Assembly: GCA_965207885.1 (NCBI GenBank) | Contig: OZ242311.1 | Coordinates: 6,048,001-6,112,000, forward strand | DNA: 64,000 nucleotides | From: Candidatus Latescibacterota bacterium | Lineage (GTDB): Bacteria; Latescibacterota; UBA2968 | Direction: 5' to 3' | In this document: positions 55,759-64,000 of the stretch, piece after piece | How positions within the stretch are numbered: the stretch's first letter is position 1 | How the letters are laid out: every line of letters starts with the position of its first letter | Program-made: the position numbers and the translations under genes | The notes under the pieces: generated by a model | Database searches by the model: none | What the model saw: the letters and a program-made list of their open reading frames with translations, nothing else | What the model was told of the DNA's origin: nothing

Positions 55759-58035
55759 TCAATCAGGCTTCAACTCCAGATCCAGAAACGCCTGTTTCTC
55801 TTCTCCCGAGTGCAGGTCTTTCACCCGCATATTCAGCCGGAAATCTCCCTTCCCGGCATTGCTCAGGTCCAGCGCCAGATACTCCGCAGAATCGGGGGTA
55901 TCTCCCAGATATTCTACTTCTACGGAGGTTGTGGGTTTGTCCTTGCTGCCGAAGATCCTGAGCAAATTCTCGAGTACCGTATTCGTTTCTTTTTCGATTT
56001 TTGCCACCGTATATTCGATCGCAAAAGACGTCGTCCCGAACTCATCGGGTGTCAGATTATAGACCTCGAAATACACATACATCGGCCGTGCCGGATCGAA
56101 CCGCCGCGTCGGATTGGGTACCAGGCGGTGGTCGCGGAAGGCAAATCGGCCGGAATCCGCAGCCGCAATTTCATAGGCCGGTACAATGCTGCTCACATCC
56201 AGCCGTACCTGCGAAAATGCCGGTACCTCCAGCGTTCCTTTCCACCCTCCGAAGCGTCCTTCCCGGGTCTGTTGAATAAAAAAGGCATTGTTATAGGTAT
56301 CTGGCTCCACCCGAAATCGAATCGTGCCGAGTCCCATCCCCTCAAACCAGCGCATATCCTGTCGGATCACGCCTTCCCGCTGCTGGACGACCCGGTTCCA
56401 GTTTCGATCGTGCAGCGTCATGCCATATTCGTAAACCGCAGACGTATCGGCCAGGTTCTCCAGATTTTTATCCGACAGCGGAACCCCGTAAAAACACACG
56501 GCATCCGTCTTCTCTTTCCCTTTGAAAAATCCGATATACATATGAAAAGGGAGCGGGTCAATATCCAGCCACGTATGGCGGTCCGTACGCAGCGCCACAT
56601 CCACTGCCTGCCGACTCTGCAGGGTAATCTCATTTTGAATCTGCATCTGGTAGAGCGGATCCTTGAACCGTTCCGGATACAGATAGGGCGGCCCCCACAT
56701 GTCCCGGTCCTCCAGCGTGGGCGGATAGGGTGCCAACCGCCAATTGTTCCGCGTCCCGTGCCGGTCGATATTAAAATGGAAAATCATCTGGGGCAGAGCG
56801 GGCGTCGGGTCGTAGAACCAGGACTCGTTTTGAATCAGATCCTGGTCGATGGTCCGGGCACGGTCGGCCGGATCCCCGTGGCGAATATAGATCAGCCCTT
56901 TGTCGTTCAGCCGGTCGTTGAGCGCAAAAGCCGGCGGGAAATTGAATACGCTCAGTTTGTCGGGATTGTTGAACCACGCGCGCAGTCCGTCATACCGGTA
57001 GTACGTCTCGGCCACCATTAAACGCCTGTAATGTTCTGCCAATCGGGCGTTATGCGACAGGGCCGGTGTGGGATCTCTGCGAAGCCAGAAGCGTCGAAAA
57101 AAGTCAGCATAATCCTCAGGTGTGACCAGGGACAGGAACCGTTGTAGTTCCCTATCTGTCACAATATACTTCACATCCTCGAAAATCAGTTCGGCATCCA
57201 GGCGGTTGCGGATATGATCGACCGCTTTAAAGAAAAACCCCTCGGCCATTTGCGGCGAACTCAGGGTGTAGTACACCCGGGCAAGAGACAATCTTGCCGG
57301 CGCCGGGCTGATGGCCGAATCCGATGCTAACCAGGCCTTCAGCGCCCCGCCAGCCGCTTCCAGATCCCCAGATAGTCGTTCAGCTTCTCCCACAAAATAG
57401 TCCGCGTGCTCGGTCTCTTGAGTCTCCAGCCAGCCTTTCGCTTCCACTGGATCCCCGTGGTCCAGCAGGTAGCGGTAGAGCCGGAATAGTCCCCGCTGGA
57501 TGGCCGTCAGATGCGGCTTTGTCGCTGCCTGTCTGTGTCCGAGATAAATCGCCTCTCGGTACTTTTCTCGGTACCGTTCTAATGTTGCATACTGATAGAA
57601 TCCGTCCAAGTAGAGCGAATCTGCCACAATGAGCCGCTTAAAGTATCTCTCTGCTTTGTCCCATTCCCGCTTCCGAAACAGCGTCGCCTTGAATTTTCCC
57701 GTTTCGCGGTGGCTAATAGCCAGGTTGTAAAGTGCCTCCGGGTCCTCTGGAATCGTTTTTAGAACCTTTTCGTACCACTTCTTCGCCTTGCCCCAGTCCT
57801 CCTGGAGAACTCCCACCTTCCCCAGACCCTTTATCGCCGGGACCAGCTTTCGATCCCGTTTCAGGGCACGCTCAAACGCATCCTCGGCCTCGCGGAACTG
57901 TTTCTGCACAATCAGTGCATGGCCTTCATCCACCAGCCGCATGGCCTGAAGGGTCCCCGTCTCGTCAGCCTGCGCTATGCCGGACGCCAGGACCAAAACA
58001 ACAAACACGCGAAACCAGAAGTGCCAGATATCCAT
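55759..58035 (-). CDS. Secreted TPR + GWxTD-domain protein
   Basis: Signal peptide, TPR-like helices, FWLRRDPTP...EHYRR, DKGLIYIRHGDP. Confidence 0.82.
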   Translation of the reverse strand: MDIWHFWFRVFVVLVLASGIAQADETGTLQAMRLVDEGHALIVQKQFREAEDAFERALKRDRKLVPAIKGLGKVGVLQEDWGKAKKWYEKVLKTIPEDPEALYNLAISHRETGKFKATLFRKREWDKAERYFKRLIVADSLYLDGFYQYATLERYREKYREAIYLGHRQAATKPHLTAIQRGLFRLYRYLLDHGDPVEAKGWLETQETEHADYFVGEAERLSGDLEAAGGALKAWLASDSAISPAPARLSLARVYYTLSSPQMAEGFFFKAVDHIRNRLDAELIFEDVKYIVTDRELQRFLSLVTPEDYADFFRRFWLRRDPTPALSHNARLAEHYRRLMVAETYYRYDGLRAWFNNPDKLSVFNFPPAFALNDRLNDKGLIYIRHGDPADRARTIDQDLIQNESWFYDPTPALPQMIFHFNIDRHGTRNNWRLAPYPPTLEDRDMWGPPYLYPERFKDPLYQMQIQNEITLQSRQAVDVALRTDRHTWLDIDPLPFHMYIGFFKGKEKTDAVCFYGVPLSDKNLENLADTSAVYEYGMTLHDRNWNRVVQQREGVIRQDMRWFEGMGLGTIRFRVEPDTYNNAFFIQQTREGRFGGWKGTLEVPAFSQVRLDVSSIVPAYEIAAADSGRFAFRDHRLVPNPTRRFDPARPMYVYFEVYNLTPDEFGTTSFAIEYTVAKIEKETNTVLENLLRIFGSKDKPTTSVEVEYLGDTPDSAEYLALDLSNAGKGDFRLNMRVKDLHSGEEKQAFLDLELKPD

Positions 58036-58052
58036 AAATATCTCCAAAGGAG

Positions 58053-58829
58053 TCAACGCGTTTCTGCAACTACCGGATTGCGCAAGATTCCGATCCCCGA
58101 AATCTCAATCTCGATCGTATCGCCGGGGGCAAACGGCCCCACTCCAGACGGTGTTCCGGTCATGATCACGTCGCCCGGCAGCAGGGTCATCGCCTCGCTG
58201 ATGTAGGAAATCAGCTGGGCAACCGAAAACAGCAGGTCGGATGTATTGGCCTGCTGCCTGACCTCACCGTTCAGCCGAGTGGTCACGTCCAGATGGGTCG
58301 GATCCAGCCCGGTTGCAATCACCGGACCGAGGGGACAGAAGGTATCGAATCCCTTCCCGATGAGCATACAGCCCAACGCCATTTCAGCCGCCTGAATCAC
58401 GCGTTCGCTCACATCGTTGCCGCAGGTATAGCCCAGTACGCAGTCCAGGGCTTCAGCATCCGACACTCTTCGGGCCGTCTTCCCAATGACAACGGCCAGT
58501 TCGCATTCGTAATGGATCTCCTTGCCTTGATGGGGATAGATGATCGGCTCTTCGGGGCCGATGACTCCGGTAGAAGGCTTCATAAACAGCATCGGAAACG
58601 GGGGCGGATCCTGGCCGCTTTCGCGGGCGTGTTCTGAGTAGTTCAAACCCACTCCGATGACCCTGGGGGCTTCGACCGGTGCGAGTACACGCACCTGGTC
58701 CAGATGTGTAACTACATCGCTGGTATCCAGGCTTTCGAAGGGAGAATCGATTAGCCGACGAACTGTACCATCCTCCTCCAGAATGCCGTAATGGATTTCC
58801 CCATCGGCGCTATACCGCAGAATCTTCAT
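58053..58829 (-). CDS. Fumarylacetoacetate hydrolase family protein
   Basis: GLNYSEH, YECEL, NDVSER, KGFDTF, TGTPSGVG. Confidence 0.93.
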   Translation of the reverse strand: MKILRYSADGEIHYGILEEDGTVRRLIDSPFESLDTSDVVTHLDQVRVLAPVEAPRVIGVGLNYSEHARESGQDPPPFPMLFMKPSTGVIGPEEPIIYPHQGKEIHYECELAVVIGKTARRVSDAEALDCVLGYTCGNDVSERVIQAAEMALGCMLIGKGFDTFCPLGPVIATGLDPTHLDVTTRLNGEVRQQANTSDLLFSVAQLISYISEAMTLLPGDVIMTGTPSGVGPFAPGDTIEIEISGIGILRNPVVAETR

Positions 58830-58841
58830 TTTTTTTTCCTT

Positions 58842-59783
58842 TCAGACATTGTCCTGTTCAGACCGGTCAGCGCTTTCCACAAAAGACCGGTAGCATGTGT
58901 TCACATCTGCCTCCTCTGCATCACCGTCGTGAACAACAACCCGCACGGCCAGATCCAGGACCTCATTCCGGTTGATTGCCATTTGTTTTTTCGCAAACGG
59001 ATTCAACGACAGGATGCCCCAATCGGAAACGTACCAGGTCTTGCAAGCAGTAGCCGGATAGGAAAACAGAGCCACACCTGCCCGCCTTTTAGCTGCAATC
59101 GTTCCCGAACAATCTACCCAATCGGCGCGTTCTCCCGAAATCACCTCGCTGCTGGAACGGCCAGCAGAATCGGTCAATCTCCCCCCACTGGTTGCCCGCA
59201 ATGCCTCTGCCATGCGGACTCCGAAATAGGCGTGTCGCGTAGGACCAATATGGATATCCCAATCAGTCGGTCGTAACTGCGAGTGGATGTCGATCTGATT
59301 ATTTACTTCGCCGGGATAGATATTGATCGTCCTTTTTTCGACGAGCAGGGTGCGCCCCTCGGGAGCGGCCCACTCGGAGGGTCCCTGCCAGTTGAGCGTC
59401 TGAATCAACCGGAGATGCGCTTGCGAGACCTCTGTACTTTCGACCGACACGCTCAGAATGCGTCCGGGGGCGCGTCCCTGGAAGGTTTCGTTGACGTAAA
59501 AGTTATAGGTAGCTTCCTCATAGGTGCTCGTGGAGAAAGGCAGGCGGCAATGCACATGGTCGGCGCCGATCCAGAGCGAATTGTGGTGCGGGTGATCTAC
59601 CGGACTCTCGGTGGTCACGGCAAAGCCGGAAGGCGTGTACACCGGGAAGAGATAAGCGCGGAATGCCCCCTGGCTCAGGGACGCAATATCCCGTCCGCGC
59701 CAGCGCACGTTCAGCCGATGGGACCTGGCCCAGGCTCCTCTGGACAGAGAGACGACGTCGTCTTCAACGGAGAAGAACGGCAT
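58842..59783 (-). CDS. PmoA-like/DUF6807 family protein
   Basis: PVYTPSG...DHPHHNSLW signature, WVDCSG. Confidence 0.75.
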   Translation of the reverse strand: MPFFSVEDDVVSLSRGAWARSHRLNVRWRGRDIASLSQGAFRAYLFPVYTPSGFAVTTESPVDHPHHNSLWIGADHVHCRLPFSTSTYEEATYNFYVNETFQGRAPGRILSVSVESTEVSQAHLRLIQTLNWQGPSEWAAPEGRTLLVEKRTINIYPGEVNNQIDIHSQLRPTDWDIHIGPTRHAYFGVRMAEALRATSGGRLTDSAGRSSSEVISGERADWVDCSGTIAAKRRAGVALFSYPATACKTWYVSDWGILSLNPFAKKQMAINRNEVLDLAVRVVVHDGDAEEADVNTCYRSFVESADRSEQDNV

Positions 59784-59866
59784 GTTCACCCCTTTCATTA
59801 GTCCTTTTTTTTGATTTAAAAATAATTCTGTACGGGTCATTTGCACAGATCTTTTCAGGTCTCCAC

Positions 59867-61018
59867 TCAGAGCACTTCTACTGTCCGTCGCTCTATTTCC
59901 TCCCAGTCCAGTTCCACACCCAATCCCGGTCCCTGCGGCACAATCAGGTACCCCTCTTCTATCTGTATGGGATTCTTCACGAGCGGATCCTCGGTCGGTG
60001 CCTTGGGATTTACGCCGTTCAATTCAAAAAACTCGCAGTTGCTCATCGCGGCCAGCGCCTGTGCATGGGCAAAGCAGAACATTGGTCCGCGCTCGTGTAC
60101 CTCGCACGCCACTCCGAATGCTTCGGCCACATGCGCTACCTTCATCAATCCCGTAATTCCGCCCGATACGATCGCGTCTCCCCGCACAATATCCGCTGCG
60201 CCTTGAGCCAGTAGCGTCGCTACATGGTGAGATCCTCCGAATACCCATTCCGATGCCGCTATTGGAATATCCAGGGTATCGCACAGTTTTTTGAGTGCTG
60301 TAATGTCCCACTCCTGGAGCGGTTCTTCCAGCCATTTGTAGTTCAATTCCTCCAGTGCCCGCCCCACTTGCACTGCTTCCGGATAGGTGTAGATCTGAAC
60401 GGGATCGTGCATCAAGGTGAACCCATCACCCAGCGCTTCTCGCACGTTTCGCGCGACCTGGATATCCGCTTCAGGTCCCAACCGGCTGTGTAGTTTGTAA
60501 CCCTTGTACCCCTCTTCCTGTACTTCCAATCCAAACTCTACAAATCGCTCCGGGTCTGGATAATTTCCCGAACTCACATACGTCGGTATTCGGTCGCGAA
60601 ACGCTCCCAGAAGTTTGGCCACGGATAGCCTGGCATATTTGCCGGCGATATCCCACAGTGCCACGTCTGCATAGCTCATATTCCACGGGTGTAGCCAATT
60701 GAAGCGGTTGGCGAACCACAGCTTTTGAAAGATGTATTCCCGGTCCAGAGGGTCTGCGCCCACCAGTTCGTGTCGGAATGCATCCAGCCAGGTCTCTGCA
60801 AAGGCCCGGGCTGGTCCCCAGGTATAAAATGCCGTGGACCAGCCCTCGATCCCGGTGTCGGTAATTACCCGGATGAAACACAATTGGTTCGGCTCATGAC
60901 CCGGCGTTGCCCGCCTGTCGAATTGAGACCGAAGCTGTCCGGGTATTACGAACATAGTTCTTATAGGGCGTTTCCCTTCCATCTCTATGAGATGGATTTT
61001 GACCTCTTTGATTAGCAT
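59867..61018 (-). CDS. Mandelate racemase/muconate lactonizing enzyme (enolase superfamily)
   Basis: DVALWDIAGK, KxK-like YKLH, LMHD, WLEEP, PGLG. Confidence 0.9.
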   Translation of the reverse strand: MLIKEVKIHLIEMEGKRPIRTMFVIPGQLRSQFDRRATPGHEPNQLCFIRVITDTGIEGWSTAFYTWGPARAFAETWLDAFRHELVGADPLDREYIFQKLWFANRFNWLHPWNMSYADVALWDIAGKYARLSVAKLLGAFRDRIPTYVSSGNYPDPERFVEFGLEVQEEGYKGYKLHSRLGPEADIQVARNVREALGDGFTLMHDPVQIYTYPEAVQVGRALEELNYKWLEEPLQEWDITALKKLCDTLDIPIAASEWVFGGSHHVATLLAQGAADIVRGDAIVSGGITGLMKVAHVAEAFGVACEVHERGPMFCFAHAQALAAMSNCEFFELNGVNPKAPTEDPLVKNPIQIEEGYLIVPQGPGLGVELDWEEIERRTVEVL

Positions 61019-61040
61019 TGCGCATACCCTCCGTTGGAAA

Positions 61041-62498
61041 TTACTGGTGGACCTGCCGCAAGCGGTCGCGAATGATGCGTTTTCTGTCTGCGGGATCCTC
61101 TGTTGGGAATTGCATGCCGATGCGGGTGAACAGGGGTTTGTACCCGCGGGCGTGGTTGAGTTGCGTGTCGGTGAGAAATGTCAGGAGTCTGTTGCGGAGA
61201 CGCTGGGCTGTGTCTGCATGTGCGGGCGACTGGGCCAGGTTCTGCATTTCATGGGGGTCGTTTTGCAGGTCGAACAGGCGTTCATTTTGAGCCTGGATGG
61301 ACCATTTCCACCGGGCGTCACGGACCATGTAGCAGAACTGGTCGTTGCGGGAGATTTCAGAGAAGACAGCGTCGTGAACGCTGTCGGTTTCGCCTCTGAC
61401 AATAGGTAGGAGTGAGGCTGCCTGGCAATAGTCCGGGATTTCTGCGCTTGCCAAGTCCAGGAAAGTCGGGAACAGGTCCAGGAAGGAGACGGATGAGGCG
61501 TTGCGGTGTCCGCTGGCGACGGGCGCAGCTGGTCCGCTGATGATTAGGGGTACGCGTGCCGATCCCTCTTCGAAGCCGGTTTTGGAGACGAGGCCGTGCT
61601 CTCCCATGCGTTCTCCGTGGTCAGAGGTAAATACGATGACGGTGTTTTCCCAGTTGCCGCGTTTTTTCAGGGCGGCTATGATTTCTCCTATGCGGTCGTC
61701 GAAATGGGTGATTTTGCCCATGTAATGGGCGGTCATTTCGGCGATGGCCTGCCGACCGTATTTGCAGCGTTTTTCGTTGTAGTTTTCTGGGAGGACGATA
61801 TCAGCAGGGTCGTACATTTTGGCGTATTTTCCGGGCGCGTCCAGAGGTGTATGGGGTCCGGGGAAGCTGGCGAAGAGGAATAGGGGTTTGTCGGTGGGTG
61901 CGCGGTCGAGGTACGCCAGTGTTTGTCGGCATACGTAGCCGTCCGGCGTCATGTCTGGCGGTAGGGGCGAGGGAAGGGGGGTGTATTGTCCATCTACGTA
62001 GCGGTCGCCAATGTCGGTGATGAAGGTGTCGAGGAGTCCCTCTTTTTTTAGCAGGCGGCTGTAGCCCGTGTTCAGGAAGGGTCCCTGAAATGGTGTCGAG
62101 GTTTCTTCGGCCCAGTCCAGTCCGAGCTGGTCGTAGTAGTCGCGATAGTCTTCGTAGTCCTGGCCCCATTCCAGGCTGAAGTAGTGGTATTTTCCGATTT
62201 TTGCTGTGGTGTAGCCGGCTTCTTGCAGGCAACGGAAGAGGGTGACTTGTTCGGGTGGGAATAGTTTGCCGGTGTAGTTGCAAAAGAATCCGTGCGCGTG
62301 CGGGTAGAGGCCGCTGGCCAGCGATGCGCGCGCTGGCATGCACACGGGCGATGGCGTGTAGGCCGCGTCGAAGATACAGCCTTCGGCTGCAAGTGCGTCG
62401 AGGTGCGGGGTTTGTACTTGCGGGTGTCCTGCGCATCTTAGATATCGCGCGTTCCACTGGTCGGAACAGATGAAGATAATGTCGGGGCTGGTATTCAT
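61041..62498 (-). CDS. Sulfatase (choline-sulfatase-like)
   Basis: CMPAR motif, GKYH, PHTP, TSDHG. Confidence 0.92.
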   Translation of the reverse strand: MNTSPDIIFICSDQWNARYLRCAGHPQVQTPHLDALAAEGCIFDAAYTPSPVCMPARASLASGLYPHAHGFFCNYTGKLFPPEQVTLFRCLQEAGYTTAKIGKYHYFSLEWGQDYEDYRDYYDQLGLDWAEETSTPFQGPFLNTGYSRLLKKEGLLDTFITDIGDRYVDGQYTPLPSPLPPDMTPDGYVCRQTLAYLDRAPTDKPLFLFASFPGPHTPLDAPGKYAKMYDPADIVLPENYNEKRCKYGRQAIAEMTAHYMGKITHFDDRIGEIIAALKKRGNWENTVIVFTSDHGERMGEHGLVSKTGFEEGSARVPLIISGPAAPVASGHRNASSVSFLDLFPTFLDLASAEIPDYCQAASLLPIVRGETDSVHDAVFSEISRNDQFCYMVRDARWKWSIQAQNERLFDLQNDPHEMQNLAQSPAHADTAQRLRNRLLTFLTDTQLNHARGYKPLFTRIGMQFPTEDPADRKRIIRDRLRQVHQ

Positions 62499-62553
62499 AG
62501 GAGTTCCTCATTTAGCTCTGGTTGTTGGGTTATATTCCTTTTGTCCATCTCGC

Positions 62554-64000
62554 CTACCACGAATAAACATGGTGCCCGCGTTCCGGGAACCAGATGACAT
62601 CTACCAGGCAACTGCACCCCACCGCGAACACGTATCCCACGATTAGCCCGTAGCAGCAGGGCAATACACGGCGGTAAAGCTCGATCCCGCCCAACCTCAG
62701 CACTGCCAGCTTGGCGACCCACACGAGAAATACGTTTAGCATGTAGAATTGCAAATAGTGCATCCCAAAAAGCATCAGTCCCAGCGGATGTGCCGGCCAC
62801 CACAGCACCCGGGTCTGCAGTACTCCGAATAGCACGACCAGTAGCCCTCCCGTCAACCAGATTCCCATCTTATAGGGATCGAATACCGTTCGCTCTGTTT
62901 CGGCTAACATACCTGCGGCGCGGTTATAGACGTTCCGGGCCGCCCCCTCCGTGTTCCAGTAATCCAGATTGGCGCCTCCGTCCGCGTAACAGAGCCAGAT
63001 GGTGGAAAGTGCCGAGGTCAATAGCCCTACCAGCAGGCCGATACAGATTAGCCGCACGCTTCCCTTTGTTTTGCCCCAAATTCTGGCTATCTGGGGCAGC
63101 GCTGGCGGCACGCGCCAGCCAGCCAGGCTGCGGGGGTGAACCACCTGCAGCCCAACCAGGCTCGAGTTCGACATTCCGGTTGTGCCCAAAAGCGTCATGG
63201 TGTTGTTTTTGGACAGGCCGCTCCAAAAGGGATGCACAAAGGCGTATCCGCTGACCGCCAGAAGTTTCATGGTCGCAAGCAACACCATGCAGAAGCTGAG
63301 CAGAAAGAACGCGATTACCAGGGGATCGTAGCCCACATTGTGCAGCCAGGAAGCCATGTAGATCAGGCCACCGGCCAGGGCTACTACCGCCATCCTGGGA
63401 GAAAGTACCGCTGTCTCTGGTGCCTCGCCCGGAACGGGCGCGGCGATTTGCCGAAATACGCGTTTCAGATGACCTCGCGCGGTCCAGATCGCCCAGACCA
63501 CCAGTCCCGCGATTGCGCCGTTTGCAAAGATGGGTGCCGCTCCCCAGTAATCCACCTGTTGTCCACTCAATCCCACGGCGATCCCGGTTCGGTTCATCCA
63601 GTACTGAATGGCACATCCCACGACGTACGGCGCCCAGATTCCAAAAAGGATATCCAGATTGCACAGAAACGTAAATGCGGTCAGCGTGGGCAGGATGCGG
63701 TAGGTCAGCGCGTGAATCGAGAGATAGCGGGATAGATGAATTTTTCGCCTTGCGTGATGGTCGTAAATGGAAATCCGGGGAAAACCCGGTACCCAGTATG
63801 TCGCGATGTTCCAGAGTACTGGAAAAGCCGAGGCCGCAAATCCCACCCAGAACGCCCGGGTTCGCACAAATGGCGGCCAACCCCGGCGCCGGTCAAATCC
63901 CTCGGTTAGCGACAGGGAGATATCCGCCAGCGGAAACGCCAGGCGTTCGTGCTGCACCCAGTGTTTTTGAAACAGTGCCGTCAGCCCAAGACCAATCGCG
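62554..64000 (-). CDS. DUF6785/DUF6784-like multi-pass membrane protein (5' end beyond window)
   Basis: W..HERLAFP, WWPAHPLG, GG.xLYRR..P...GLIVG motifs; frame open to window edge. Confidence 0.75.
   Translation of the reverse strand, partial: AIGLGLTALFQKHWVQHERLAFPLADISLSLTEGFDRRRGWPPFVRTRAFWVGFAASAFPVLWNIATYWVPGFPRISIYDHHARRKIHLSRYLSIHALTYRILPTLTAFTFLCNLDILFGIWAPYVVGCAIQYWMNRTGIAVGLSGQQVDYWGAAPIFANGAIAGLVVWAIWTARGHLKRVFRQIAAPVPGEAPETAVLSPRMAVVALAGGLIYMASWLHNVGYDPLVIAFFLLSFCMVLLATMKLLAVSGYAFVHPFWSGLSKNNTMTLLGTTGMSNSSLVGLQVVHPRSLAGWRVPPALPQIARIWGKTKGSVRLICIGLLVGLLTSALSTIWLCYADGGANLDYWNTEGAARNVYNRAAGMLAETERTVFDPYKMGIWLTGGLLVVLFGVLQTRVLWWPAHPLGLMLFGMHYLQFYMLNVFLVWVAKLAVLRLGGIELYRRVLPCCYGLIVGYVFAVGCSCLVDVIWFPERGHHVYSW

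Noticed and set aside
55675-57021. Long plus-strand ORF (448 aa)
   Set aside because: Antisense shadow of the GWxTD gene with no recognisable motifs
58842-59783. Methane oxidation inferred from the PmoA-like family name
   Set aside because: Soluble DUF6807-type protein in a sugar-acid catabolic context; no pmoCAB operon

Overview
Bacterial genomic window with no rRNA, tRNA or CRISPR array that I could see. The gene content (dockerin-like/LRR expansions, sulfatases, PhyH dioxygenases, GWxTD and DUF6785 proteins) suggests a Latescibacterota/Gemmatimonadota-like, possibly sponge-associated organism (inference). There are four main parts. (1) Two diverged, parallel defence modules on the minus strand (about 450-9350 and 34100-44270). 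Each is a PLD-nuclease/SNF2 helicase followed by an Eco57I/type IIG-like adenine methyltransferase and a different putative HEPN-type toxin: a frameshifted AbiJ-like gene with a Zn-ribbon microprotein and a Clp-fold protease, or a PrrC/RloC-like ABC-ATPase-HEPN. Each trails decayed TA or TIR remnants. (2) A TnpB-only IS200/IS605 element at 12986-14277 whose empty site and TAM (TCAC) can be reconstructed from the sequence, plus the right end of a related element at 1-88. (3) An operator-flanked cluster of four secreted dockerin-like proteins (one TlpA thioredoxin, three internalin-like LRR proteins), only one of which keeps a cohesin-like domain; duplication and deletion scars are readable. (4) Many catabolic and housekeeping genes (surE, moaB, transketolase-like, class I fumarase, ackA, sialidase, sulfatases, aldolases). 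All family calls come from motif recognition, not database searches.
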